This document shows, one piece after another, positions 51,164 to 63,091 of a stretch of 64,000 nucleotides of DNA; positions within the stretch are counted from its first letter, which is position 1, and every line of letters begins with the position of its first letter. The stretch lies in assembly GCA_951406725.2 (NCBI GenBank), contig OX597817.1:106578001-106642000 (forward strand), read 5' to 3'. The position numbers were made by a program, and so were the translations under genes. The notes below the pieces were generated by a model, which worked only from the letters and a program-made list of their open reading frames with translations, made no database searches and was not told where the DNA came from. The DNA comes from Octopus vulgaris. Its lineage: Eukaryota.

Positions 51164-51249
51164 CACTCCTCTGATGAGATTTTGCCCAATAAAATGTTTT
51201 AATTACTGGAATTTAATTATTTTGGGCAAAATCAAAATAGCAGTAAGTG
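51164..51249 (+). ncRNA. Degenerate hammerhead motif
   Basis: CTGATGA-gattttgcccaa...ttgggcaaaatc-AAAA-tagca-GTA; perfect 12-bp stem II, but GAAA is mutated to AAAA. Confidence 0.55.
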
Positions 51250-51469
51250 AACATGTTGAATTTTTGCAGTTAATAAATTATATTAATGTTACTTCTCCAT
51301 TTTCTGGATTTTAATTTGAATATTCATAAACCAAGATTTATATTTAAACCTATTATTTTAGGAATATTACTATTCACAACAAAATAATGGATAACAAACT
51401 AGTAATTCATTGGATATTTTCTATGCCTTATGGTGGTATTTTAACCTCTATTTAAATTATTATTATTAT

Positions 51470-52030
51470 TGTTTAACATCTGCTTTCCATGCTAGCATGG
51501 GTTGGACGATTTGACTGAGGACTGGTGAACCAGATGACAGCACCTGGCTCCAATCTTGATCTGGCAGAGTTTCTACAGCTGGATGCCCTTCCTAACACCA
51601 ACCACTCCGAGAGTATAGTGGGTGCTTTTACATGCCACCGGCACAGGGGCCAGTCAGGCAGTACTGGCAACGACCTCACTCGAATGTTTTTTCACGTGCC
51701 AGTAAGGTGATGCTGGTAATGATCATGCTTGAATGGTGCCTTTTATGTGCCACCGTCATGGAAGCCAGTTAGCCACTCTGTCAACAATCATCCTCAGATG
51801 GTGCTCTTAGCGCTCCACTAGCACGGATGCCAGTCATAGAATTTGATTTTGATTTCACTTGCCTCAACAGGTCTTCGCATGCAGAGTTTAGTGTCCAAAG
51901 AAGGAAAGGTACGCATAAGTGGGCTGGTTACACCCTTGGCATAGGCCACAAGGTTATGGTCTAATTTGGCTTGCTGGGTCTTCTCAAGCACAGCATATTT
52001 CCAAAAGTCTCAGTCACTAGTCATTGCTTC
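51470..52030 (-). mobile_element. 3' end of the same RTE LINE family as 46860-47460, inverted
   Basis: Reverse complement matches gtgcttgagaagacc...gtaaccagcccacttatgcgtacctttccttc...ccaacccatgctagcatggaaag. Confidence 0.85.
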
Positions 52031-52796
52031 TATTATTATTATTATTATTATTATATTTTAAAAGGATTGCCGTAACTCTTCACAAAGGTAAACTGACAAG
52101 AGAAAAAGCACAATGCGATTGCAATAGATATTTTATTGGTTGAACAATATCTTGACAGCAAGTCTGTCTTTGTTGAGTTCAAAATAAAAAGTGATAAAAA
52201 TTCAAAACTGTAGAAATTCAAATCTAAAATATGAACAAGGGCAACTATTGTCTACATGTTCATAGAATGACATCATCAGTCTTTAAGTTTCAATTTTATA
52301 AATGGTGAAAAGGAAAAGACAGAAAAAAAAGCAAGAAAAAAAGGAAAGGGAAGAGCTAGTGTGATGGATTTTCTTGAGAAAATGGTTCTCAGAGTCTTAC
52401 TCTCATTAGATTCCCGATTACTTTTTGGGCTTTGCTTGAAATCTTCACTTAAAACATGGAACCTATTGGGTGATAAAATTTGTTCTGAATGTTCATGTGA
52501 GAAGTTACAATTTTTAGTTGTCTTTCTAGGGGTAATCCATTTCTGGGTGGGTGATAGAAAGTGAGTGACTTCTGTGACTTTTGTAGATATTTGAAAAACC
52601 TTTACTTTCAGGAAAGGAACAAATTTATTGTTTTTTGAGGAAAAATCTTAAATGTGCTCACATTTTTGACTGATCAAATAAAAACTTCTCTGGAGAGTTT
52701 CCAATGATCAGTTCAAATGCATACACCTGGGTTAAAAGGCCACAATCACATGTGCCAACTTGGGGATTAGTAATATGAACTTGTTGAACTGTAGAA

Positions 52797-53151
52797 ATTA
52801 TGTTTGTTTATGTCGAGTACAGCATTGCTATTTGTGCAACAAGGATATCCAGAGGTAATGCAGTACAATCATTTCATGTGACTCCATTTAATTGAACAAT
52901 GCAAACATTACATCAATTTAAAATGTAGAGCAATCTTCAGCTGCACAAAAAACATAGAATTTAATTAAATTTGAAGGACACATTAGTATAATTTTATCCA
53001 AAATCTCCAAGAGGATAAGGAGATAGACAAAGAACGTGTTTTACCAACAACATCACAGTTGTAACTAATGTGTCCTTCAAATTTAATTAAATTCTATGTT
53101 TTTTGTGCAGCTAAAGATTGCTCTACATTTTAAATTGATGTAATTTTTGCA
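52797..53151 (-). mobile_element. Second copy of the same hammerhead-bearing element, with an 88-bp inverted duplication, inserted into the mariner ORF
   Basis: 52900-52987 and 53064-53151 are inverted repeats (2 mismatches); mariner coding sequence resumes on both sides. Confidence 0.7.
52859..52945 (-). ncRNA. Hammerhead ribozyme motif, same family as 28155-28242
   Basis: Minus strand: tgcag-CTGAAGA-ttgct...cat-GAAAT-gatt-GTA-ctgca; perfect 5-bp stem I; flanks homologous to about 28070-28263. Confidence 0.7.
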
Positions 53152-53558
53152 CTAAGCTTTATTGCCAATTCTTTAACTGATAATGCAGGATTTTCTTCAA
53201 GTAAAACCTCAAGGAGCTTATCATCAAACTCAACTGGACATCCTGTTCAGTCTTCATCTTCAAGGCTGAATTCTCCACTTCTGAATTTTGCAAACCATCT
53301 TCTGCAAGTTCATTCATTCAAGCATTCTTTCCCATAAACTGAGTGCATGTTTCAAGTCACTTCGGCTGCAGAGTTTCCTTTTTTGTGCTCATAAATGATT
53401 ATGTGCCTTAAATGCTCTTTGGATAGTTCCATGTTAGAAAGGGTTTTAATCAAAGAAATTTTAATTCTATTATTCTGTAAAATAATATTTGATTAGTTTA
53501 GATATACACAAATGCATAAAAATAATTTTAAATTCCATTAGACTTTCTAAAATACTAT

Positions 53559-53696
53559 CCGCCGAGGTCGACTTTACCTTTCATCCTTTCGGGGTCAATT
53601 AAATAAGTACCAGTTACGCACTGGGGTCGATATAATCGACTTAATCCGTTTGTTTGTCCTCTCTGTGTTTAGCCCCTTGTGGGTAGTAAAGAAATA
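53559..53696 (+). mobile_element. 5'-truncated SINE with a Deu/Nin-like central domain and an 11-bp TSD, inserted in the mariner
   Basis: ccgaggtcgacttt.cctttcatcctttcggggtc..aataagtaccagt; TSD taaaatactat at 53548-53558 and 53697-53707; related fragments near 4130, 7370, 38290 and 59990. Confidence 0.75.
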
Positions 53697-53791
53697 TAAA
53701 ATACTATTAAATTTCATTCAATTTTAAAAAAAGGTAAAATTGGACAGAACTTATGGGATGACCTGATATATATATATTTCTATGGGTTAGA

Positions 53792-56700
53792 CAGTGTTGC
53801 CAACTCAAATAGCATTCATTTAGTTAAAGGGACAAATCTAAATTTCAGAAAAAATACCAAAAGAATGCTAAATATGACAAAAAAATGCTAAAGACTAATT
53901 ATTTCAAAGAGCTTAATTTTTATTTACACTTTTATTTACTTTCTTTAATTATATTCAGCATTGAGAAATAATTTCTTGCATTTCACTGATTTGATTACTT
54001 TCAGCTGCAGTGCCTAGGTCTTGACTTCTGTATACATTCAAGGTCCCAATCTTGTTAATTATGTGTTTTGGAATATCAAAGTTTTTGCAACATTTGCCAT
54101 GTCTTTTCGGGCCATATTTTATAGACTTATTGATCTAAGCATAGGAAGATACATTTTGTTTTTCACTTTTGATTTGATTACACTCATACTATTGAACAAC
54201 TACTCAACTTCTGCATTTGAGTTTGGCAATGTCAATAGATTAATGGCAAAATTTGCAACATCTCTAAAAGGATTTCCTCCAGTAGCATCTTTATATTCCA
54301 AGACTTCCAGCCAGAATGCCTCAGTATTAGACAGATTTGTCCATTTAACTAAATGAATGCTATTAAACTGAATTTCAATTGAAGCAATTTTTTCTTCATT
54401 TAAATGTATTGCTTCTATGACAGGTAAAATTGGCTCTTTGAAATGCTGCAAAATTTTCTCTATTGAAAAACATTTGATATCCCTTAGTATATTAATATTT
54501 CCCGGCAAACGGTGCTTGAGCTCTTTATAAAGGCAGAGTAAAAATTGTTGTGCTCTTTTGTGAATATTATTTTCTTCGGTGGCTGTTACAGTTTTCTTGA
54601 TAATCATTTCTGCTTTCTCTCAAACTTGCAGCCTAAATTTGGTTTAGGATCCAGAAAACTTTCAATAGAAGCATCAAGATCAATTCTATATGTTGGCAAC
54701 ATTATCATATTAACAACAGATTTGATCAAATTTGAAAGATCTTCAAGTAATTTTGTTTTGTTAACAGTGTTTGATTCAAACAGTTTATTCACTTCCTGAA
54801 CATGTTTTAAAATCGGACGTAAAAATGAAAGGTAAAGTTCATTCCTAGAATCACAAAACATTTCATATAACATTTGTGCTGTAAAGCATTTTTCTTTTGT
54901 AGTTGTAGTTTGGAAGTGAGTTTGCAATTCAAAGCATTGGCTTGAAATTCTATTTACTGCTGGTTCTATTGACAGCCACCTAAATGTACAAAAATTCATG
55001 ATCTTCAAAGGCTCTTTATCATTGATAGCAAGGTAAAGTTGTTTGTAGGCACTTTGTCTTGTTGAAGAATGAGAGGACCATTTATAGGTTTCGGATATTA
55101 AAAATTTTAAATTTATGGGCAAGCATTCAACACAAGTGTGGAATACTGCCAACTGTAAAGAATGACATACACATCTAAATAGAAGTAATGATAGAACTTG
55201 TAATTTTGGAAAATACCATTGTTGACTCCTATCATTACTCTAGCATTGTTGGTTCCTATAGCCAGTAAATTTTTTATATCTAATTTCTTTTTCACTAATT
55301 CAGTTTTTAAGGCATCTACAATGTCATTTGTATCACATGTTTCTAAAGATACCATACTGAGATATGTATGTACCACTTTTTTGTAAGTGTCACTATAATA
55401 TATGATAACAATTCCTAACAACTTGTTTATCGATATATCATTGGATTCATCTAATAACAAGCTAAATTTTCTATCTCCTATATCAGAAATCAAATCTCCG
55501 TCAAAATATGGAGCTAGAGCATTTCTCACAATATTTGCACATTTTGTATGATGCAACTTCACTTTGGATATAATATCACTATCAGACATATAATTCTTAC
55601 ATAACTCTATTAAGTGATCACAGCTATTGAATGATGAGTGTCAACAAATAAACATTGCTAAATTTGCTTCAAGCATAGATGTCTTATCATTTTTGGTTTT
55701 AATAAAATTGATAAGAGGAATCATTTGCTGTGGAGTTGATGTCTTATGTTTCTTTGCTTCACACTGGCTTACTAAAAGAGAATATTTTGCCAACATATTA
55801 CATCTACAATATCTGCAATGTGCTTTAGATTGGTCACTAGGTACTTCACACAACCACTTAGTAAACGCTGGCATCTTAAGCCATTTCTTTCGGAATTTTT
55901 GCTGGTACAACTTAATTTTTCTTTGCTCATAATAATGTAGTGGGAAGCAAGAAAATAAATAGAATGATTAATAAAGATACAAAATTGAAAACACAGCTTA
56001 TCAGTTTGCTGCTAACAATTCTTTCATTCGTTATTAACAATTCTTATGTTCGTTGCTTACAAATTCTTGAGGTGAAGAATACTGATTCAGGATGCAGGGT
56101 GGCCAACGTATAAATGAAAAAGAAAAATCTGCAGAAATCCTAAAACTGTGTTCTGATATAAACCTGGGAACATCATATTTCGCTTCCAATCTTACATTTA
56201 ATATCTACTGGTAAAACCACAAGTATAACTACAATGCCTGAAAAAAAAAAAAAAAAGTAAGTAGAAATATAAATGGGGAGACCCTGCCACACCTGTACTT
56301 CTATACAAGATATATAGTCCAAAACAGAGCTTGAAAGTAAATCAATCAATCTGTCATGATAAAAACTCATCACTACAGAATAAAGCATTGTTAGGACGAA
56401 TTTCCATTCTTTCATTCTTTGCAACATATTTACATTATTGTGTAGTGAGTTCAGGTGCTGACATGAGCTATCTTCTCCCCCACCAGCACCACTCTGTATC
56501 CAAGCCGGTGGTGATAGGGAGGCTGGAAAAGTTCATAACATGATAACCTTTCATTTAAAGTTTCAAGAAAGTGAAAGAAAAATTCAACAATAGCCGATAG
56601 TACAAAAATTTGACTATAAGATACATTTACGAAATGAGAAAAGGAGGAAAAAGAAGAAAAATGGGTAACTATTGTGGAAATGTCATGATCAGAAGAAAAT

Positions 56701-56811
56701 AAATTTTAAACCTGCAATTTTCCCTGCTAAATGCTAGATTCAACAATTTTCTGCCAAATGCCGAAAAAAAATGCTAGATCTAGCATAAAATACGCTTAAT
56801 TGGCAACCCTC
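53792..56811 (-). mobile_element. hAT-superfamily DNA transposon with frameshifted transposase
   Basis: BED-like finger (KWL..AHCRYC), FSLLLDESNDIS, IGTNNARVMIG, RWLS and C-terminal LPNSNAEVE; TIR-like ends cagtgttgccaa / ttggcaaccct; no clear 8-bp TSD. Confidence 0.82.
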
Positions 56812-57399
56812 AGACTGCTATGATGTAAGGGACACTATCCAATACTCCGGAATTTTCCAAGGGAAATTACTCAGTGACGCGGAAATAATTGTCTTTTGAC
56901 AGTTTGAAGGAGAATATTTTAAGAAAGAAAAATGTAAATTAGAATTTGTATCAACTGGATTTTCGCATTAGTTTTTCCCCCTACTTCATCTACTTTTAAA
57001 CAGAAAACATTCGTATCATTATTTAGTATTGTATCGATAATGAACTTCGATATATAAATATTAGATATTTTACTTTATATATTGAACAAGAATGATCACT
57101 TTCAAGGAGTGTACAAATTAATCTCATTTTAATCGAGCACGGTCATACTTCCTTGGTTAAAGAGTAAAAGAAATATAATTTGTTTAACTCAAAGAGCAAC
57201 TAAAATTGACTAGCGATATTCTTTGTAAATACTGTTTACAAATGTTACACACGTTTGTATGTGTGTGTGTTTTGTAAATTGTTCTGGTTGTTCAAAGTCA
57301 TAAGCTTAACATCTAACTGTTTGTTTTGCTTATTTAATTTATTTAAATTATTTCATTTATAGAGTTCTTAACTTTTGTTTTAATACTCAAGTCACATAG

Positions 57400-57587
57400 T
57401 TTGTTGAGGGATCGAACTTCGATATCCCGCTGTTGGACACTAGGATTGGGTAATTTCCGGCAACGTCAGCATCGTTACAAAATGGCGACTTCTACGCTAA
57501 CTTTGTGTTTGCCACCTGGATTTGTTGTTACCTTCAAATAAGACTTTCGTGAATATAACAGTAGATATAATTATTTACTATGATCAG
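57400..57587 (+). promoter_or_regulatory. TMF1: Putative TMF1 promoter and non-coding first exon
   Basis: Locally CpG-enriched patch, ETS-like TTCCGG (57455-57460), YY1-like CAAAATGGCG (57478-57487), donor CAG|gtaata at 57587/57588. The ATG exon has its own acceptor at 60481-60482, so an upstream exon is needed. Confidence 0.55.
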
Positions 57588-60516
57588 GTAATATCTCAAA
57601 CAGTTATTATGTCATTTAAGATTTGCTGTAGTGCGATCCTTCTAATATAAATTGTTATATTATTACTTTCATTACCACGATCGTTTAATTTGTTGGAAAG
57701 GAATTCGTATAATTTCGAAATGTTTTCTTATGTTATTTTTCATTTTATATGTTTCTTCCGAATTAGCCCACACCCACCAAAAATGTAGTCTAATTTGTCC
57801 ACGAACTATGTGAATATTATAGGTTAATTTATCGACAAGTTGTAGCAGTCGCTTTCATACTGACATAGAATGATTTCGATGCTTCGCATCTATGAAACTT
57901 TATTTACATTGCGTTTTAGATAGATCTATACGCTAATAAATAAATCCGATATGTTTTCCGTAATTAAGAATTGATGGAAAAAGAACCAGTTTATCTTACA
58001 TGACTATATGTTACATGTTAGTAGTATAACGTAAATAATATTGATCATCAACTATTGATTGTTACATAGCTTACTAATGATACGATTAGTGTTGTGTTGA
58101 TCGTGTAAAAAAAAAATCGGGTGTTGAATTGTAAGCTCTTGGTGAATTTTTCTTCTCACTTTCATGCGTGTGTTTACACTTGTGTATATGCTTTTATGTG
58201 TGTATAGCAGATATATGTAAGGTGGGGTTTAAACTCACGCCCCTCGGACAAAAGCAAAACAAAAAAATCTCGCAGATAATCTTCTCCACTAAAAAATAGA
58301 GCAAAATTCCAGCAGTTAAAAGAATACGTAATAATTGATAGTTTCCGAAAAGAAATATCATTAAAATATGTAAATTGTCAATTTGTTAATATGTTATTAA
58401 AATTTAGAACGTGAAAGAGTACTAAGTACTATACTGTTTACATAATTGAGCACATATATTTAATTATCTTACTGGGAAAACGTTTTGAAGTTTTAAAAAA
58501 CAAAGAATATTAGCCAAGGGTTTCATCGTTCTTTGCACTTTATTTAGGGAGGGGGGTCTCGTGTAAGAGGTTTTTACCTTAGGGTTTTTTTTTCCATTAT
58601 TATGGGGATTTTGGCCTGATCTCATGAAACATTAAGGGAAATTGAGTCACTGAAAAAGTTTATGGAAACAAATTTCATATTTTGCTTATATACCATAGAT
58701 AATTGTTAAGAAATATATGATCATACAAAATAACGAATTTATATAATTGTATTAGACGTATGTGGAAAAAAGTTTACGCTTGTTCATTATCTTAAATTTA
58801 ATATGAAATTTTCATATGGCTTTTTCCTGTGAAGCTTTTCAGTGTGAGTTTTTTACTTCTTGAATTCAATTTTTGGCAAGACTGCCGTATTGGCACCGAA
58901 AGGTTTAAATGTGTGTGTATACTATCTATCATAAATAAACTGTTGGCAACGAAATCAAGATTGACATCATCGGGAGGTTGTCCGGTGTGAAGAACTTCTT
59001 ATAATCGCTTCTTTGTGAAACATATCTGAAACATGAGAATACCAAGTTATTGATTTAAATGGTTAACCCATTCTACAACCCTCTCCAACAAAACATGAAA
59101 ATTATATCAAGGAAAACAACAATAAACTCAGAATAGGTTTTGACGTTGGCCTTGCTTTATACATTGTGAATAGTTATTCACCACAATGAAAAGAAATGGA
59201 ATTGCTTCAGAAAATACAATTTGTGTTGCTTGTTATTGATTTGATTTCTTATATACAATGACTCATATTTGCTGGATAGGTACAGTGATTAAATCTACTC
59301 CTTGTATTTGCTTTGGCGCACTCATAATAATTGAGATAATTTCTTGGAAGATGAAATGTAAGTTTGAGATATGCAGAGAGTGATATAGCAAAAGTTTTGA
59401 GACTAAGTAATGAGGAGAGTTGAAATTGCTTTCTCAATAACCAGCTACAGTACTTGGCTATAACCTGGTTTATTAACACCTAAAATAATTATAATCACAT
59501 TTAGAGTAATTGTTTTTAGTCACTAGCACTCTTTACTTGGCCTAGGAATATTTATTTACACAGAACTGTTTCTTCAGAGCAATCCAGAAGATGGTTCAAA
59601 CTGAACTTCATAAAGATGTGTAAAATATAAACAAACTAATACGACACCTAGAACTTTCATAGACTGCGACTTTCCCCGCCACCAAAAAAAGATGTGCCTC
59701 TGTGCAAAATTTCAGCTACCTAAATGCAAAACTGCAGCCTGTGACTTGAAACATACATTCATTTTTATATATTAAGATTACAGATATTGATTACTAAAAC
59801 TTGATATTGTTTATAATGTGTGTATGTGGTGATTGGACTCATGATTTCTGCAGTGCATTGTTTGTGGTCAAAACATTACCTAGCTGTAATTTGATACTGC
59901 TAGTTCTGAAGCTGTCATCTGCATAATCCTTTCTACAACAGGCACAAGACCTGAGATTTTGTGGGGAAGTGGGGGTCTAGTCTATTATATTGACCTCAGT
60001 ATGCAACTGGTACTTCTTTCATCAATACTGAAATGATTTGTGATGCTTGTAATAATCTGATTTGAAAAGATGAAAGGTAAAATCAACCTCAGTGGAATTG
60101 GAATACAGAATGTGAAGATGGATGAAATACCACTAAGCATTTTGTCATGCTAACGATTTTGCCCCAGTTAAAAATTCATATTGGTTATCTCTATGAAATG
60201 TCAACACAGATTTTTTAAAGATATAAATATGGATTTTCATTTTATATTTTACAAGTTTGCTTTTCCAGTCACATGGTTTCAGGTTCAGTTCTGAAATTTC
60301 AATAATATAACATTATTGAGATCTGGTTTTGTTGTTTTGGAAAAATGGCTCTCCATTTAAATAGATTAGAGATAAATTTAACACTGAATATAATTTCTCT
60401 GACTTTTATAATTTTAATTAAAGCTAATTTAATCTAATTTCATGTGAATTTTATTTGCATCTTGTATTTATTTTATTTTTAGATCTGCTCATTTGATGAA
60501 GATTAATCTTTAAAAA

Positions 60517-60631
60517 ATGAGCTGGTGGGATTCACAAAACTTTTCTGACTTTGCTTCTAATGCCTTGAAAAATGCACAGAAGAAAATTGATAAAGTACTT
60601 GATATTCAAGATGAAAACAGTAAACAAAAAG
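60517..60631 (+). CDS. TMF1: TATA element modulatory factor 1 (golgin TMF/ARA160), first coding exon
   Basis: MSWWDSQNFSDFASNALKNAQKKIDKVLDIQDE matches the recalled TMF1 N-terminus (MSWF..S..A..AL..AQK.ID.VLDIQEE); acceptor ag at 60481-60482; donor G|gtttgt, phase 1. Confidence 0.88.
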
Positions 60632-61992
60632 GTTTGTATATGTTTTCATTGTTTAATTTCTTTCACACATCACAAGAACTTCAATTTTTCTTCATATAAT
60701 CTTTAGGAATATACTTTTTACTCATCATTATCTTGTAGGTAGTTTTTTTTTCCAAATTGGAATGCAGTGGGTGTGTAATCATGTATCATCTTTGAATCTT
60801 AATGTTTTTTGGGGTTCTTTTTAATTAGAGTACATAGACTTTTGAGATATATATTTTCAGTTGCTTTACAATGGCTTTGTAATTAAGAAGTACTCTTCCC
60901 AACCATGTGGTTTTGGGTTCAATCCTATTGTATGGCACCTTGGGCAAGTGTTTTCTATAACTCTAGGCTGGCCAAAGCCTTGTGAGTGGATTTGCTAGAC
61001 AGAAACAAAAGAAGCCCATCATATATGTATACATATATATGTGCATGTATATGATGTGATGTTTTTGTTTATGTTTGTGCTTTTCTGACAATTGTTGAGT
61101 CAGAAGTAATGAGATTGTCATTCCTGACAACAAATCATCTGCTGGTTTTGTGCCTTTGAAGATGTATAGAATAAGAGGTCCCTTAACTGAAAAACAGGTA
61201 AGGATTAGCAACAGGAAGGGCATCAGGCTGTATAAACAAATCCTCAATAATATATTTTTCTACCCCATTCTTGCATGAAAAATAAGCCTAAGGATGAATG
61301 AACAAATTTATATGTTCATATTGTCTTAGTTGTCTTTCTTTTTAACTATCTGGATATTATTTCAAATCCAATGGACCACACCCTGTTCATTCTGCTTCAG
61401 TTACAGCAGATTTCCTGGATTCGTTGCTGTTTCTTTTTTTTTTTTTGTTATCTAGTGCCATATTTATACATGCTTCATAAATTCTGCTACTTTTACAGTT
61501 GGAAAAACGGTTGTTGTTATTGTTTCACTTAATATCATCTGATTTTGAAGGCGTAGTGTGCCTTTTTTTTTTAAGACAGTTGATCATGTTTTAAGATGGA
61601 TTTGGCTGCTATTTCTAGAAGGTTCAGCAATCACATAGTGGTTATCTCTTTGGCTCATTGCTCAAAGCTACTTCCACTATTATATACCCTATCTGTAGAG
61701 CTATAATATTACCTTTATAGAAGAACTAACTTCAGGAGTCACTTGAAGTGCATATAGTCTTCAGTGTATACTACTATCTATTTTAATGTACCTGCTGTGT
61801 CTCTAAAATAATATAAATATAATGAAATTATTGTATACAGTGCTCCGTCAGTTATTTGGGAACCCCTTTAGTATATCTTTAGCTTACATTGACTTCCATT
61901 TCTTGGGTTCTATTCCACTTCTATATATTATTCAAAGTTACTTTCCTGTTGTTGTTGTTGAACTTTTGTGGCATCAGCTACAAACTGTCCCT

Positions 61993-62260
61993 AGATTTGA
62001 AGAATGCTGGCACATCAACAAAAATTTTAAGAACTTCTCCAAAAAATGTTCAACATATTTCATCTGAAGAGCTAGAATCTAAGGTAAAAATTGATAAGAA
62101 AGAAAGTGCATCTGCTTATGAGAGCTCTCTTTTAATAGTGTATGTAAAGATTTATTCTGATAATAGCAAGAGTTCTCTGATATAGGCCTTCATTAACTGA
62201 AGATGAAAGATTCTGATTTGAGCCTCTGATCAGGGTACTTTAGATCTCTCAGATGTTTAA
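61993..62260 (+). pseudogene. Diverged intronic copy of part of TMF1 coding exon 2
   Basis: STKILRTS..ISSEELESKVKIDKKESASAYESSLL..V...SDN aligns with the exon's STEILKSS..ISFEELESEVKTDNERESTPAYESSLL..V...SDN (about 63657-63960); stop codon at 62183-62185. Confidence 0.8.
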
Positions 62261-63091
62261 CTTAGTAAGCCTTTTGACTGAAGATAATTTCTCCATGACT
62301 GTAAGCTCTTCAGTTTTCAGTAGATTCTGCTGCCAAACTCAATTCATCAATACATAAAGGTTCCTATGTGTATTCATCTTGGAATTTTTTAATTGCTTCA
62401 GGAACTAAAATTAATATAAAAAATTTGAAACTAACACAAACACTAAATTTTCAAATGATTTCATTCCACTTTCGATACTTCACAAAAATGACATAGACTG
62501 TTTTCAAAATCCAGTTTTCCAAATATACTTTTCTTTTATCTGTTTCAATCATTGGACAGTGACCATACTGGAACTATAGAAACTACTTTCATTTGTTCAC
62601 TAAACTATAGAACATTATATGCTCAGCTATCTTCTCTAAGTCAATAAATGCAAGAAGATATATTTGTTCTTTGCTAAATATTTCCCTTGCAGATATTTAA
62701 CTAAAATATCATATCTTGGGTCCTTTATCTTGATACACTCCATGCATCCCATCTAGGCTTACTTTATCCATAAATTTGCAATGACTCTTTGAACAAAAGT
62801 ACTACTGGTGAATGTTCACATTGTACAAATATTAATATGCTTTGTTTTAATGAAATTATGTTATAAATATTAAGTTAAAAAATAATATTTATAAGATGAA
62901 CTTAATTGGTGAATTTATGTCCTCATACTGTTTTGGCTTTCTGTTTGTTTTTTGGTAAAGATTCAGAAACTGTTGTCTAGAATAGGAATTGTTTTTTTCT
63001 AAAATAAGCTGTAATTATTGTTCATAGATTTAAAAATTTCATTTGTATTTTTAAATTTACTTAATCTGTATTTTTAATTTAATTTTTATAG

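Larger units (their letters stand above)
52640..53768 (-). mobile_element. Degenerate mariner (Mos1-like) transposon, 5' part
   Basis: MELSKEHLRHIIIYEHKKGNSAAE..VYGKECL..CRRWFAKFRSGEFSLEDE..G.PVEFD HTH region; TIR-like ggacagaacttatgggatgacctgata followed by TA at about 53742-53770. Confidence 0.85.

Noticed and set aside
59560-59775. Possible Helitron/Helentron-like terminal fragment
   Set aside because: Only a vague resemblance; no diagnostic hairpin and terminus could be confirmed by eye
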